The notes: generated by a model from the sequence alone, not told the origin. A stretch of 64,000 nucleotides of DNA from Bacteroidota bacterium (GCA_947447995.1 CANFLQ010000002.1:14002-78001), one strand, 5' to 3'. Counted from the stretch's first letter, positions 33,023 to 43,124 are shown. Program-made: numbers and translations.

Positions 33023-34108
33023 TTATCTCACTATGGTTACAGTACCATGATGTTTATTTTTACCAGTTACTCCAAGATCTATTATATAAAAATATGTAGC
33101 GGAAGGCACATCATTACCAAATGCTTTACCGTCCCAGTTATGACCATCCAATTTATTATCATACCCTTTTGTTTTATAAACTAACTTGCCGTATCTGTTA
33201 TAAATTTCTACTTCATTATTTGGAAATTTCTCAATATTTCCTATATACCATGTATCATTATTATTATCACTATTTGGAGTAAAAGTATTATAAATTACAG
33301 GCTCTTCACTTGGAATTACTACAACGGTTATTGTATCAATTCCTTTGCAATTACCTGATAAGTCGGCACCTATTACAATATAATCAGTTGTTAAAATTGG
33401 TTGAGCATTTGGTTGTTGAGTTTTAGGGTAAGTAAGTGTGTTGGTAGGACTCCAATTATATAAAAAACCGCCAGAAGCATTAAGAGTTGCTGTCTCTCCT
33501 TCATTTATTGTAATATCTGTACCTGCACTAATTGAAGGAGTAGGTATAATAATTACTGTAACTTCATTAATTTTAGGATTGCATCCTGAAGTGGTTGAAG
33601 TAAGCGTATATGTTGTTGTTATTAGGGGAGAAGCAATAGGTTGAGGTAATGAGTTATTACTTAACCCCGTTACGGGTATCCAGCTATATGAAATGTTTTT
33701 TCCTGTAATATTTTTAAATCCCCCAATTAAAGCGGTACCTCCTACACAAATACTTGTATCTGTTCCCGCATTAACATACTGTAAATAATTCATCGAAAAT
33801 TGCACACTAGAAGTGGCAACTTTACCAGAATCGTCGGTAACTTTAAGTGTGTATATAATATCCGTTGTTGGATTTAAAACAGGATTAGAGGTTGTTGTAT
33901 TTGTTAAACCAACCGATGGAGACCAAGAATAGTTGTATGGAGGGGTTCCACCTGAAGCACTTGGGTTACCACCAATTGAAAAACTTTCACTAGGACAAAC
34001 GACTCTGCCAGAACCTGCATTAGCTTTTAATTGTGCTTTTATTGAAGTAACTGTCAATAAAAAAAGCAAAAAGCTAAATTCAAACTTTGCTCTTAGTAAG
34101 TACCTCAT
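33023..34108 (-). CDS. T9SS type-B CTD secreted protein with Ig-like repeats
   Basis: Signal peptide ending KAQ; three 'AG.D..IC/N.G...Y.W.P...L' repeats; 'YNTFTPNSDNNNDTW...IYNRYG...WDG...TYFYII...GTVTIVR'; TACATTTG -7 at 34135-34142. Confidence 0.88.
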   Translation of the reverse strand: MRYLLRAKFEFSFLLFLLTVTSIKAQLKANAGSGRVVCPSESFSIGGNPSASGGTPPYNYSWSPSVGLTNTTTSNPVLNPTTDIIYTLKVTDDSGKVATSSVQFSMNYLQYVNAGTDTSICVGGTALIGGFKNITGKNISYSWIPVTGLSNNSLPQPIASPLITTTYTLTSTTSGCNPKINEVTVIIIPTPSISAGTDITINEGETATLNASGGFLYNWSPTNTLTYPKTQQPNAQPILTTDYIVIGADLSGNCKGIDTITVVVIPSEEPVIYNTFTPNSDNNNDTWYIGNIEKFPNNEVEIYNRYGKLVYKTKGYDNKLDGHNWDGKAFGNDVPSATYFYIIDLGVTGKNKHHGTVTIVR

Positions 34109-34213
34109 TTATGTAAAAAATTAAATATTTTTGGCAAATGTATATATATATATTGTAAATGTAAAGCTTACTGAAATCAATTATACTTACCTTTATCTTA
34201 TTAAATTAAAATT

Positions 34214-35728
34214 TTGGAAAAACATATTTTAAGTAAGTCTACCTTCATTCGTGGTTTACAATGTAGTAAATCATTGTATTTGTATAAAAATTTCATTCAG
34301 TTGCGCGATAAAATATCGTTTGAACAACAAGCTGTTTTTAATAGAGGAAATAAAGTAGGTATTTTAGCTCAAAAACTTTTTCCTGGAGGTGTTGATGCAA
34401 GTAAAGTAAAACGTTCCGATTATACAGCAGCAGTTAGTAGAACAACGGAGTTAATAAAAAGTGGAGTTGAGGTAATTTATGAAGCTGCTTTTCAACATAA
34501 TAAGGTATTAGTAATTCTTGATATTTTAGTAAAAAACACACCTAATAATTTCCCTGATAAATCTCACTGGGATGATGAATGGTATGCATACGAAGTAAAA
34601 AGTTCAACTAAAATTTCACATACCTATTTATTAGATGCCTCCTTACAATATTGGGTAATTACTAATTCAGGGTTGCTATTATCGGACATGTCGCTGATAA
34701 CCATCAATAATAAGTATATCAGAAACGGAGAGGTAAAACTAAACGAGCTTTTTTCTTTTACTTCTGTTAAAAATGAAGTGATCCGCAATCAACCAAAGAT
34801 AGAGGAAAATATAAGTGTATCTAAAAAAGTATTGGAACAACTGCAAATACCTAAAATAGAAATAGGCGAACAGTGTTTTAGTCCATACTCTTGCGATTTT
34901 ATGGGAACTTGCTGGAAACTTGTTCCAGCAAATTCTATTTTTGAAATTACTGGCATGCAAAAGTCGGAACAATTTAATCTATATCATTCAGGTTATAAAA
35001 CTATTTCAGAAATCCCAGAACAAAACAATTTGGATAAAAATGTAAATATTCATGTCCAATCTTTTAAAAAAGGAAGCCCAATGATAGATACAAAAGCTAT
35101 AAGTACTTTTTTAGATAAAGCCCAATATCCTTTATTTTTTATGGATTTTGAAACTTTTATGCCTGCAGTTCCAATTTATAATAATACAAAACCCTATCAA
35201 CATATACCATTTCAATACTCCTTGCATTATAAAAAAAGCACAGATTCCAAATTAGAACATTCTTATTTTTTAGCTGAACAGGGACAAGATCCTCGAAAAC
35301 TTTTTTTGGAAAATTTGTTGAAAGATACTGAAAATATAGGCTCAATTTTGGTTTATGATGCCTTAATGGAGCGTAATGTTTTAAATGGATTAAAAAAGGA
35401 TTTTCCTGAATTTAGCCATGAAATTGATTTGAGATTAAAACGATTTGTGGATCTAATGCAACCATTTCAAGAACGAAGTTATTACCATCCATTGATGAAA
35501 AACTCCCATTCAATAAAAAATCTACTACATGCGTTAATTCCCGAACTAAGTTATACCAATTTACAAATATCGAATGGTAGTATGGCAATGGTAGCTTTTG
35601 AGCAATTGCAAACTGAAACGGATATGTTTAAAATACTGGAAACCCGCGAAAATCTTGAAAAATACTGTGAGCTGGATACCTTAGCAATGGTTAAGGTTTT
35701 TGAGATTCTGGAAAAGGAGGTAAAATAA
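34214..35728 (+). CDS. DUF2779-type protein: RecB/Cas4-like PD-(D/E)XK nuclease fused to an RNase H-like (DEDD) domain
   Basis: LSKS...GLQC, E...DILV...YEVKSST, CFSPYSCDFMGTC, FMDFETF, PFQYSLH, VDL, YCELDTLAM. Confidence 0.8.
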   Translation: MEKHILSKSTFIRGLQCSKSLYLYKNFIQLRDKISFEQQAVFNRGNKVGILAQKLFPGGVDASKVKRSDYTAAVSRTTELIKSGVEVIYEAAFQHNKVLVILDILVKNTPNNFPDKSHWDDEWYAYEVKSSTKISHTYLLDASLQYWVITNSGLLLSDMSLITINNKYIRNGEVKLNELFSFTSVKNEVIRNQPKIEENISVSKKVLEQLQIPKIEIGEQCFSPYSCDFMGTCWKLVPANSIFEITGMQKSEQFNLYHSGYKTISEIPEQNNLDKNVNIHVQSFKKGSPMIDTKAISTFLDKAQYPLFFMDFETFMPAVPIYNNTKPYQHIPFQYSLHYKKSTDSKLEHSYFLAEQGQDPRKLFLENLLKDTENIGSILVYDALMERNVLNGLKKDFPEFSHEIDLRLKRFVDLMQPFQERSYYHPLMKNSHSIKNLLHALIPELSYTNLQISNGSMAMVAFEQLQTETDMFKILETRENLEKYCELDTLAMVKVFEILEKEVK

Positions 35729-35799
35729 ATTGACGAGTTACGATTGCTGATTGACGAATATTATATCGTTAATCAATTCCTTCTTCGTAACTCGTCAAT
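35729..35799. repeat. inverted array of 7-bp repeats forming a long hairpin between convergent genes
   Basis: ATTGACGAGTTACGA (35729-43) pairs perfectly with TCGTAACTCGTCAAT (35785-99); inner arm TGATTGACGA/TCGTTAATCA. Confidence 0.75.
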
Positions 35800-35818
35800 C
35801 GTAATTCTTAAATTTTTA

Positions 35819-36238
35819 TTAAAATCGCTCTAATCCTGAAAAGAAAAAATCACCTTCAATTTGTGCATTCTCATCACTGTCCGAACCATGAACGGCGTTA
35901 GCAGCAATTGATTTAGCATAAATTTTACGGATAGTTCCTTCGTCTGCTTTAGTTGGATCAGTTGCTCCAATTAATGTTCTAAAATCAGCTACTGCATTTT
36001 CTTTTTCTAAAATAACAGCAACTATTGGTCCAGACGACATATATTCAACCAATTCGCCATAAAATGGACGCGCTTTGTGCACTTCATAAAATTTGCCTGC
36101 AACTTCAGCAGAAAGTTTCATGTATTTCATTGCTACAATGCGAAAACCGCCATCGTTGATCATTTTTAAAATTCCACCAATGTATCCATTCCCAACTGCA
36201 TCGGGCTTGATCATTGTAAATGTTCTGTTTGTTGCCAT
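35819..36238 (-). CDS. ndk: nucleoside diphosphate kinase
   Basis: [33 protein letters not shown]. Confidence 0.98.
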   Translation of the reverse strand: MATNRTFTMIKPDAVGNGYIGGILKMINDGGFRIVAMKYMKLSAEVAGKFYEVHKARPFYGELVEYMSSGPIVAVILEKENAVADFRTLIGATDPTKADEGTIRKIYAKSIAANAVHGSDSDENAQIEGDFFFSGLERF

Positions 36239-36344
36239 TCTTTTTTTTATTATTTAATTGATTTTTTTTTGTTTTAAAGCTGCATTTTAAATAGCCCCTC
36301 TAAACGCGGCTGCGAAAATAGAAAAAATAATTAAACAAATGGTA

Positions 36345-37295
36345 TTATTTTGAAGAACCGAACATATCATAAAACAATCTTACTCCAATTGAGTTTTGAA
36401 GTTTTAAGGCCGGGCTTTGTCCCATATTGATTTTTTCGAAGGTTGGATTATAAACTAATTGTATAACTGTTTTGGGATTAAAATTAATATTTACTCCCAT
36501 TCCGGTAAATACTCCAAAGCCAATTCCTATCGGTTTTTTTACAGGTACGTTTGTTGGATAATAAACAGAGTTGTTATATGCCACCAGGTCAATCTGTAAA
36601 TTATTTATTACTATGTTGTTTCTATCAAACTTAGCTAGTGTTGCGTTTAATCCTCCTTCCAGAAAGAAATTAAATTTTTCGTTATCACCAAATAAATGCT
36701 GGTACCCTAATTGAATTATTAATCTTTGTTCACCGCCTTTTATACCAAATGTTTTGATACGGTCATTCAGCTGAGTAGTACTACCCGTATTGGATAGGGG
36801 AGTTATTATAACAAAGTTGCCGGAAATGTTTAATTTAGAGGCATTTACATTCAGTAAAATTGCATTTTTTTTATCAACTGAATATTTGCCCGCTAATCCA
36901 ACAGAAAAAGCTGGAGTATATCTCATATTGGTAGGCATATCGCTTTGGTCAAAAACCCATGTTTGAGGATCAACTTTCAACTCTTGCGCTATAAGGTCGG
37001 GTTGTCCAGGGTAACCATATCCACCATTTTGAATATTTATTTTTTGGTTCATAAAACTATTTTCCCAATTGAGTTTATTGCCGTCCACATCAAATCCATA
37101 CCCATCATACATGGTTGCGGTGTATTGGTTGGCAAACAAAGTACCAATATAAAGCCCAAAAGTAAAGCCCTTGTCATTCTTGTTTGTTTTATCGAAATTG
37201 GTATCCACAGTGGTACTATCCTGAGCAAAAGTGCTGAAAGTAATTAAGAGTAAAAGTAGGAGAAAGCGATGTTTCATTTTTTTAATTAGTATCAT
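36345..37295 (-). CDS. hypothetical outer-membrane beta-barrel-like protein
   Basis: Signal peptide ending FAQ and alternating beta-strand pattern. Start is ATG 37295 or 37277; the GTG at 37301 overlaps a TACTTTTG -7 element at 37301-37308. Confidence 0.65.
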   Translation of the reverse strand: MILIKKMKHRFLLLLLLITFSTFAQDSTTVDTNFDKTNKNDKGFTFGLYIGTLFANQYTATMYDGYGFDVDGNKLNWENSFMNQKINIQNGGYGYPGQPDLIAQELKVDPQTWVFDQSDMPTNMRYTPAFSVGLAGKYSVDKKNAILLNVNASKLNISGNFVIITPLSNTGSTTQLNDRIKTFGIKGGEQRLIIQLGYQHLFGDNEKFNFFLEGGLNATLAKFDRNNIVINNLQIDLVAYNNSVYYPTNVPVKKPIGIGFGVFTGMGVNINFNPKTVIQLVYNPTFEKINMGQSPALKLQNSIGVRLFYDMFGSSK

Positions 37296-37429
37296 TGCCA
37301 CAAAAGTAATCTTTTTTGTATTTGCCAGCTTATATAACGAAGTTTTATCCTTTTTATTCTTCCATAATAAATAAGGAATAATGCTGTTTGCTTTTAAAAG
37401 TATTCATTCACAAATAATGTATAATTTTA

Positions 37430-39748
37430 GTGGCTAGTTCAAACTCCATTTTCCGAATGTTCCAAAAACATAAAAAAATCAAAATAGGTATACTCATTTT
37501 TCTGGGCATTGTTTGTCTGGTACCCGTTTTGTTTTTTTTGTTGGTGTACAATGGTTTTTATGGAAAAGTGTATTCTAAGGAAGAGCTAAAGAACATCCAA
37601 AACTATCAGGCTACTGAAGTATACTCCGAAGATGGGAAAATATTGGGTAATTATTATTGGGAAAATCGTAATAGTGTTCGTTTTAAAAATGTTCCACACT
37701 TTTTAATTGAGGAACTTATTTCTACCGAAGATGCCCGTTTTTACGAACACAACGGAGTAGACTTTCAGGGCTTATTTAGGGTGTTTTTCAAAACCTTGTT
37801 AATGGGTGATAAAAAATCGGGAGGAGGAAGTACTATTAGCCAGCAGCTTTCAAAAAACCTTTTTAAGAGAAAAAAATATGGAAAGCTTACTATGCCGGTT
37901 AACAAAATTAAAGAGGCGATCCATGCCATGCGTCTTCATCAGGTTTACAATCAGGAAGAAATTTTAGTGCTGTATTTGAATACTGTTTCTATGGGAGAAG
38001 ATACCTATGGAATAAAAAATGCCTCTTTACGTTTTTTTAGTAAACCTCAGGATTCCTTATCAATGGAAGAGGGGGCGGTATTGGTAGGAATGCTCAAGAA
38101 TCCAACTGTATACAACCCAAGATTACACCCAAAAACCGCCTTGAAAAGACGAAATACTGTCCTTAACAATATGGCCGACAGAGGATACATCAGCAAAGAA
38201 AAATCTCAAAAATTAAAGGATAAGCCGTTAATTCTGCACTATAAAAATACAGGAACCTACGGCGAGATAGCTCCTTATTTTTTAAAAAATCTGGAAGGTA
38301 TCGCTTCCAAAATTATAGATTCTTTAAAAAATCCGGAAGGAGAAAACTATAGTTTATATACCGACGGACTTAAAATAACAACTACCATTAATTACAGTAT
38401 GCAGGATTATGCGCTCAAATCGGTAAACGAGCACATGAAAAACCTACAGGAATTATTTGATAAAGAATGTTCGAGAAGTAATCCTTGGAAAAACAATAAA
38501 AAATTACTTGCAGGAATGATTAAGAAATCCGACCGCTATAAAATTTTAGTAAAGGCAGGAGTCAAGGATTCGGAGATAAAACGAATTTTTAAAAACCCAG
38601 TAGAAATGGATATTTTTGATTGGGAAGGTGGTCATAAAACTACGTTATCGCCATTGGATTCCGTTATTCGAAATCTCACCATATTACAAACCGGATTTTT
38701 TGCAATGGAACCTAATACGGGGGATGTTAAAGTTTGGATAGGAGGGAACGACTACTCTTATTTTCAATACGATCACGTATTATCAAAGCGTCAAATAGGA
38801 AGCACCTTTAAACCTATTGTTTATGCAACAGCTCTGGAACAAGGGGTAAGTCCTTGCAAGTTTTACGACAATGAGCAAACTGCGTATGAAAAATATGGAG
38901 GCTGGGCTCCCGGAAATGCCAATGCAACGTACGGAGGAAGATACTCTATGAAAGGAGCTTTGATCAATTCTGTGAACGTTGTTTCAGTTGAAGTATTACT
39001 TGAAGCAGGTATCGGAAATGCTGTTCAAACAGCTCACCAACTGGGGATTAAAAGCGAAATACCTTATGTGCCTGCAATTGCACTTGGCGTAGCGGATATA
39101 AGTTTAATGGAAATGGTAAAAGCCTATTGCGCTTTTCCGAATGGAGGAAAAGCCGTAACAGCCAGAAGCATTTTAAAAATAGAGGATAGGCACGGTAAGG
39201 TAATTTGGCATGCGGCAAAATTTCCTCAAACCAAACAGGTATTAAAAAAACAAACTACTTTTTACCTTACCGAAATGTTAAAAGGGGTTATTAACGAAGG
39301 TACTGCCAGCCGATTAAGATATACCTATCATTTGAAAGGTGCAATGGCAGGTAAAACAGGAACAACTCAATCGCAAGCCGATGGTTGGTTCTTAGGATAT
39401 ACCCCTGGTTTAGTTGCCGGAGCATGGGTTGGGGCAGAAAGTCCAAGGGTGCATTTCAGATCCTCCACTTATGGACAGGGAGCGGCTGTAGCATTACCAA
39501 TATGGGGCTTGTTTATGCAAAAATGCCAAGCAGATAAGGATTTGTCGCCTTATGTAAGTGGTAACTTCCATTATGGATATAATTTGTATTCTATGCCCGA
39601 CTGTCCAAATTTTAAGGAGGATAATGTTTTTGGTAAAATGCGTAAATGGTTTACCCGCAAAATTAACAAACCTAAGGAGCCTAAAAAAGCAGAAAAAACA
39701 GAAGAAAAGAAAAAAAATAAAAAGAAATTTCGACTTTTTGGGAAATAA
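37430..39748 (+). CDS. class A penicillin-binding protein (PBP1A-type)
   Basis: N-terminal TM; GT motifs EDARFYEHNGVD, GGSTISQQLSKN; TP motifs STFK, SVN, KTG; start may be ATG 37457. Confidence 0.93.
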   Translation: MASSNSIFRMFQKHKKIKIGILIFLGIVCLVPVLFFLLVYNGFYGKVYSKEELKNIQNYQATEVYSEDGKILGNYYWENRNSVRFKNVPHFLIEELISTEDARFYEHNGVDFQGLFRVFFKTLLMGDKKSGGGSTISQQLSKNLFKRKKYGKLTMPVNKIKEAIHAMRLHQVYNQEEILVLYLNTVSMGEDTYGIKNASLRFFSKPQDSLSMEEGAVLVGMLKNPTVYNPRLHPKTALKRRNTVLNNMADRGYISKEKSQKLKDKPLILHYKNTGTYGEIAPYFLKNLEGIASKIIDSLKNPEGENYSLYTDGLKITTTINYSMQDYALKSVNEHMKNLQELFDKECSRSNPWKNNKKLLAGMIKKSDRYKILVKAGVKDSEIKRIFKNPVEMDIFDWEGGHKTTLSPLDSVIRNLTILQTGFFAMEPNTGDVKVWIGGNDYSYFQYDHVLSKRQIGSTFKPIVYATALEQGVSPCKFYDNEQTAYEKYGGWAPGNANATYGGRYSMKGALINSVNVVSVEVLLEAGIGNAVQTAHQLGIKSEIPYVPAIALGVADISLMEMVKAYCAFPNGGKAVTARSILKIEDRHGKVIWHAAKFPQTKQVLKKQTTFYLTEMLKGVINEGTASRLRYTYHLKGAMAGKTGTTQSQADGWFLGYTPGLVAGAWVGAESPRVHFRSSTYGQGAAVALPIWGLFMQKCQADKDLSPYVSGNFHYGYNLYSMPDCPNFKEDNVFGKMRKWFTRKINKPKEPKKAEKTEEKKKNKKKFRLFGK

Positions 39749-39805
39749 AAGACCCTTTATTGTTATTTTCAGCTATCTTTGCAAATCACGCTAAATCATA
39801 AAATT

Positions 39806-40930
39806 TTGCCAACTTTTTCCGAATTAGGTATTACCGATGAATTGATAAAAGGGCTTGTTGAAAACAACATTTTAGACCCAACAGAGATTCAAAAAAAATC
39901 TATTCCCTTTTTATTGACGGAAGGAACAGATTTTATAGGTCAGGCTCAAACCGGAACAGGAAAAACGGCCGCCTACGGATTACCTATTTTACAAACAATA
40001 GATACTTCCAGTTCAAAAATACAGGCTTTGATTTTATGTCCAACTCGTGAATTGGGTCAACAAATTGCCAAACAATTATTTCGCATTGCCCGCTATAACC
40101 CCGAACGTATTTTTACGGAAGCGGTGTATGGTGGCGCACCCATCGAACTTCAAATAAGAGCACTAAACAGGCCAACACATATTGTAGTAGCTACACCTGG
40201 TAGATTAATTGACTTGCTCGAAAAAAAGGCTATTGATCTTAGAAATATAAGAACGATTGTGTTAGATGAAGCCGATGAAATGTTGAGTATGGGTTTTAAA
40301 GATGCCATCAGCATCATTTTAAAACAAACAAACGGCTCCAGAAACACTTGGCTATTTTCGGCTACCATGCCGGATTCTATTCAGGAAATCATTAATGTTT
40401 ATATGGACGACGATGCGTTTAAAGTTCAGGTAGATATTAAAAATGTAGTAAATAGAGATATTGAACATCAATATGTTAGCTGTATTGATGTAAAGGATAA
40501 GTTTAATACATTGATGGAGTTTTTAAAGACTCAAGGCAAAGGCAGGGGCATTGTGTTTTGTAAAACAAAATCTTTGGCTCAGTCGCTGGCGAAACAACTA
40601 GCTGCCAAAAATTATTTGGCGGATGCTTTGCATGGTGATTTGCAACAACGTGATCGAGAAAAAGTAATGCGAGCCTTCAAAAATGAGAAGGTGCAGATAC
40701 TTGTTGCAACGGATATTGCCGCTAGAGGTATTGATGTAGACAACTTAACCTATGTTATTCATTATCAGTTGCCTGACCAAATAGAATATTATACACACAG
40801 AAGTGGAAGAACAGCACGGGCAGGTAAAAAAGGCTTGTCACTGAGTTTTGTAACAAGTACCGAATTAGTCCGATTAAAAACGATTGAATCTGATTTAGGC
40901 ATTTCAATTAGTAAGGTAAGAAGAAGTTAA
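39806..40930 (+). CDS. DEAD-box RNA helicase (core only, no C-terminal DbpA domain)
   Basis: Q-motif PTEIQ, AQTGTGKT, PTREL, TPGR, DEAD, SAT, ARGID, HRSGRTAR. Start moved to TTG 39806 because TATCTTTG -7 occupies 39774-39781. Confidence 0.93.
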   Translation: MPTFSELGITDELIKGLVENNILDPTEIQKKSIPFLLTEGTDFIGQAQTGTGKTAAYGLPILQTIDTSSSKIQALILCPTRELGQQIAKQLFRIARYNPERIFTEAVYGGAPIELQIRALNRPTHIVVATPGRLIDLLEKKAIDLRNIRTIVLDEADEMLSMGFKDAISIILKQTNGSRNTWLFSATMPDSIQEIINVYMDDDAFKVQVDIKNVVNRDIEHQYVSCIDVKDKFNTLMEFLKTQGKGRGIVFCKTKSLAQSLAKQLAAKNYLADALHGDLQQRDREKVMRAFKNEKVQILVATDIAARGIDVDNLTYVIHYQLPDQIEYYTHRSGRTARAGKKGLSLSFVTSTELVRLKTIESDLGISISKVRRS

Positions 40931-40964
40931 AATAAGACCCCAACCCCTAAAGGGGAGAATTAAT

Positions 40965-42581
40965 ATGACAATCAATAACATCGATATACAAGAAAAAAAA
41001 GTTGGAAAGGAACTTTATGGGTATCAGCAAGATGCTATTGATAAAATATTTGAAAAACTAGAATCCAACCCCGAAAAATACAACCTTCTTTATCAGTTGC
41101 CTACCGGTGGTGGAAAAACTGTAATCTTCTCTGAAATTGCAAAACGTTATATTAGGGAATCTAATAAAAAGGTATTGATTCTGACTCACCGCATCGAACT
41201 TTGCGGACAAACGTCCAATATGTTAAATGAGTTTGGGGTTAAGAACAAAGTAATCAATCAAAAGGTAAAAAACCTGCCCGACCAGGAAGATTTTATGTGT
41301 TTTGTTGCCATGGTGGAAACATTAAACAACCGTTTGCACGATGAAAAATTAGAAATGGAACAGGTTGGTTTAGTGATTATTGACGAGGCTCATTACAACT
41401 CTTTCCGTAAGTTATTTCAATTTTTTGATAAGGCAGTAATTCTTGGAGTTACAGCAACACCTTTAAGCTCCAATGTTAAACTTCCAATGAAGGATAATTA
41501 TAAGGAATTAATTGTTGGGCATTCCATAGCGTCCTTGATAGAAAAAGGATTTTTATCCAAAGCTACCACCTATAATTACGACGTAAATTTGGGTTCATTA
41601 AAGGTTGGTATTGATGGTGATTATACTGTTAGCTCGTCCGACCAGCTTTACGGAAATTACCTGATGCAGGAAAAGCTTATGACTGCTTACGAGGAAGTTT
41701 CCAAGGGTAAAAAAACCCTTATCTTTAATAATGGTATCAATACGTCGAGAGCTGTTTATATGCTTTTTGCAAATGCCGGTTATGATATCAGGCATTTGGA
41801 CAATACCAATTCTGAACAGGAAAGAAGGGATATTTTACATTGGTTTAAACATAAGCCCGATGCTATTTTAACTTCTGTGGGTATTTTAACCACCGGTTTT
41901 GATGAACCAACGGTAGAAACAATTATCTTGAACCGAGCAACCAAATCGCTTACATTATACCATCAAATGATTGGCAGAGGTTCCCGAATTCTTCCCGGCA
42001 AAAGCAGCTTTTCGGTGGTGGATTTGGGTAATAATGCGCACCGCTTCGGGCTCTGGGATTCCTATGTAAACTGGCAGGATATATTTCGTTCACCGGATTT
42101 ATATTTATTGAATCTAGCAAATGATGCGGCTATTGAACGCCAATTCAAATACAATATGCCTGCTGAAATAAGAGCCAGGTTTGCCAAATCTGAACCGCTG
42201 GAATATGATATTAAGGATGAATATAATTTGGTGACGGCTCAAGGTTTAAGACCCAAAATAGCCATTGAAAAATCCATTGAACAACATGCCAAAATTTGTT
42301 TTGAGAATAGCGATAATTTTTACGATGCAACAGAACTCAGCAAATTGTTGGAAGATGAAATAGAATATCGTGTAAAACGATTTACCTATTGTATTTGTAA
42401 AAGTACCGACAATTACATAAGATGGCTAAAGGAGGACTATGCCCGAAAATTAATTCATATCCTTGGCAGAAAGTTTTTAAGTTTGGATCAGGAGGAATCC
42501 GCTCAAAATATTCAGCCTGAGGAAGAGGTGAAAGAGAATACATCTGATCAAATCCCAAATAATCCCTTAAATAACATTTAG
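40965..42581 (+). CDS. SF2 DExH helicase (ResIII/RadD-Irc3-like)
   Basis: LYGYQ, LPTGGGKT, IIDEAH, GVTATP, LTTGFDEP, R.TKS..LY.QMIGRGSR. Confidence 0.88.
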   Translation: MTINNIDIQEKKVGKELYGYQQDAIDKIFEKLESNPEKYNLLYQLPTGGGKTVIFSEIAKRYIRESNKKVLILTHRIELCGQTSNMLNEFGVKNKVINQKVKNLPDQEDFMCFVAMVETLNNRLHDEKLEMEQVGLVIIDEAHYNSFRKLFQFFDKAVILGVTATPLSSNVKLPMKDNYKELIVGHSIASLIEKGFLSKATTYNYDVNLGSLKVGIDGDYTVSSSDQLYGNYLMQEKLMTAYEEVSKGKKTLIFNNGINTSRAVYMLFANAGYDIRHLDNTNSEQERRDILHWFKHKPDAILTSVGILTTGFDEPTVETIILNRATKSLTLYHQMIGRGSRILPGKSSFSVVDLGNNAHRFGLWDSYVNWQDIFRSPDLYLLNLANDAAIERQFKYNMPAEIRARFAKSEPLEYDIKDEYNLVTAQGLRPKIAIEKSIEQHAKICFENSDNFYDATELSKLLEDEIEYRVKRFTYCICKSTDNYIRWLKEDYARKLIHILGRKFLSLDQEESAQNIQPEEEVKENTSDQIPNNPLNNI

Positions 42582-42635
42582 TTGTCGGACAATTACTGAA
42601 TTTACAAAACAGTCATTTGTCTTATAATTAATATT

Positions 42636-43049
42636 ATGTTAAATAGCTATACGCTGCATATCAAATACCTACAAGATGCTATTGATAACGTTGTAAAAAG
42701 TGTTGCCGGTGGTGAATATCTATACAATTTAAAACTTTATGTTGTTTCCGAAGTTCCTTTTAAAATGTTTGGGCCAAAAGTTGTTGTTTATAATTATGTG
42801 GCATCTGGAGATGTTTGGGGTGTGAAAGATGCTAACGCAAACATCAAAGGATTTAAAATGGGTGATAAAGTAGTTTTTACTTTAACTAAAGATTTGAGAA
42901 AAATGCTTTCTAAAAACTTTGAAGGAGAAACAGGAAAACAATATGGTGGAAAAGTTATCAATTTTAAAGGTGGAGAAGCTACAATTCAATTAGAAAATTC
43001 TGCTGTTGTTGATATCCCTTATGCTAACTTGACTAATTTAGGTCAATAG
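42636..43049 (+). CDS. hypothetical protein, possibly 5'-truncated
   Basis: 137-aa ORF, SH3/KOW-like C-terminal pattern (FKMGDKVVF...GKVI...ATIQ...IPYANL), no signal peptide. Confidence 0.5.
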   Translation: MLNSYTLHIKYLQDAIDNVVKSVAGGEYLYNLKLYVVSEVPFKMFGPKVVVYNYVASGDVWGVKDANANIKGFKMGDKVVFTLTKDLRKMLSKNFEGETGKQYGGKVINFKGGEATIQLENSAVVDIPYANLTNLGQ

Positions 43050-43068
43050 TATTTGAATTTAAAAATTA

Positions 43069-43107
43069 AAAAAGAGGCTGTATCAAAATTTGATACAGCC
43101 TCTTTTT
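43069..43107. terminator. 19-bp perfect inverted repeat, terminator
   Basis: AAAAAGAGGCTGTATCAAA-A-TTTGATACAGCCTCTTTTT. Confidence 0.8.
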
Positions 43108-43124
43108 ATTGCTATTTTTGATTT

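Noticed and set aside
32038..34108. Type-B CTD gene paired with porP/sprF as a novelty
   Set aside because: Established T9SS cargo-adaptor arrangement (SprB/SprF-like)
34214..35810. CRISPR-Cas locus around the Cas4-like gene
   Set aside because: No cas1/cas2 and no repeat-spacer array; the adjacent repeats are 7-bp units without spacers
40965..42581. Type III restriction-modification system
   Set aside because: ResIII-like helicase core only; no methyltransferase nearby and no evident nuclease motif
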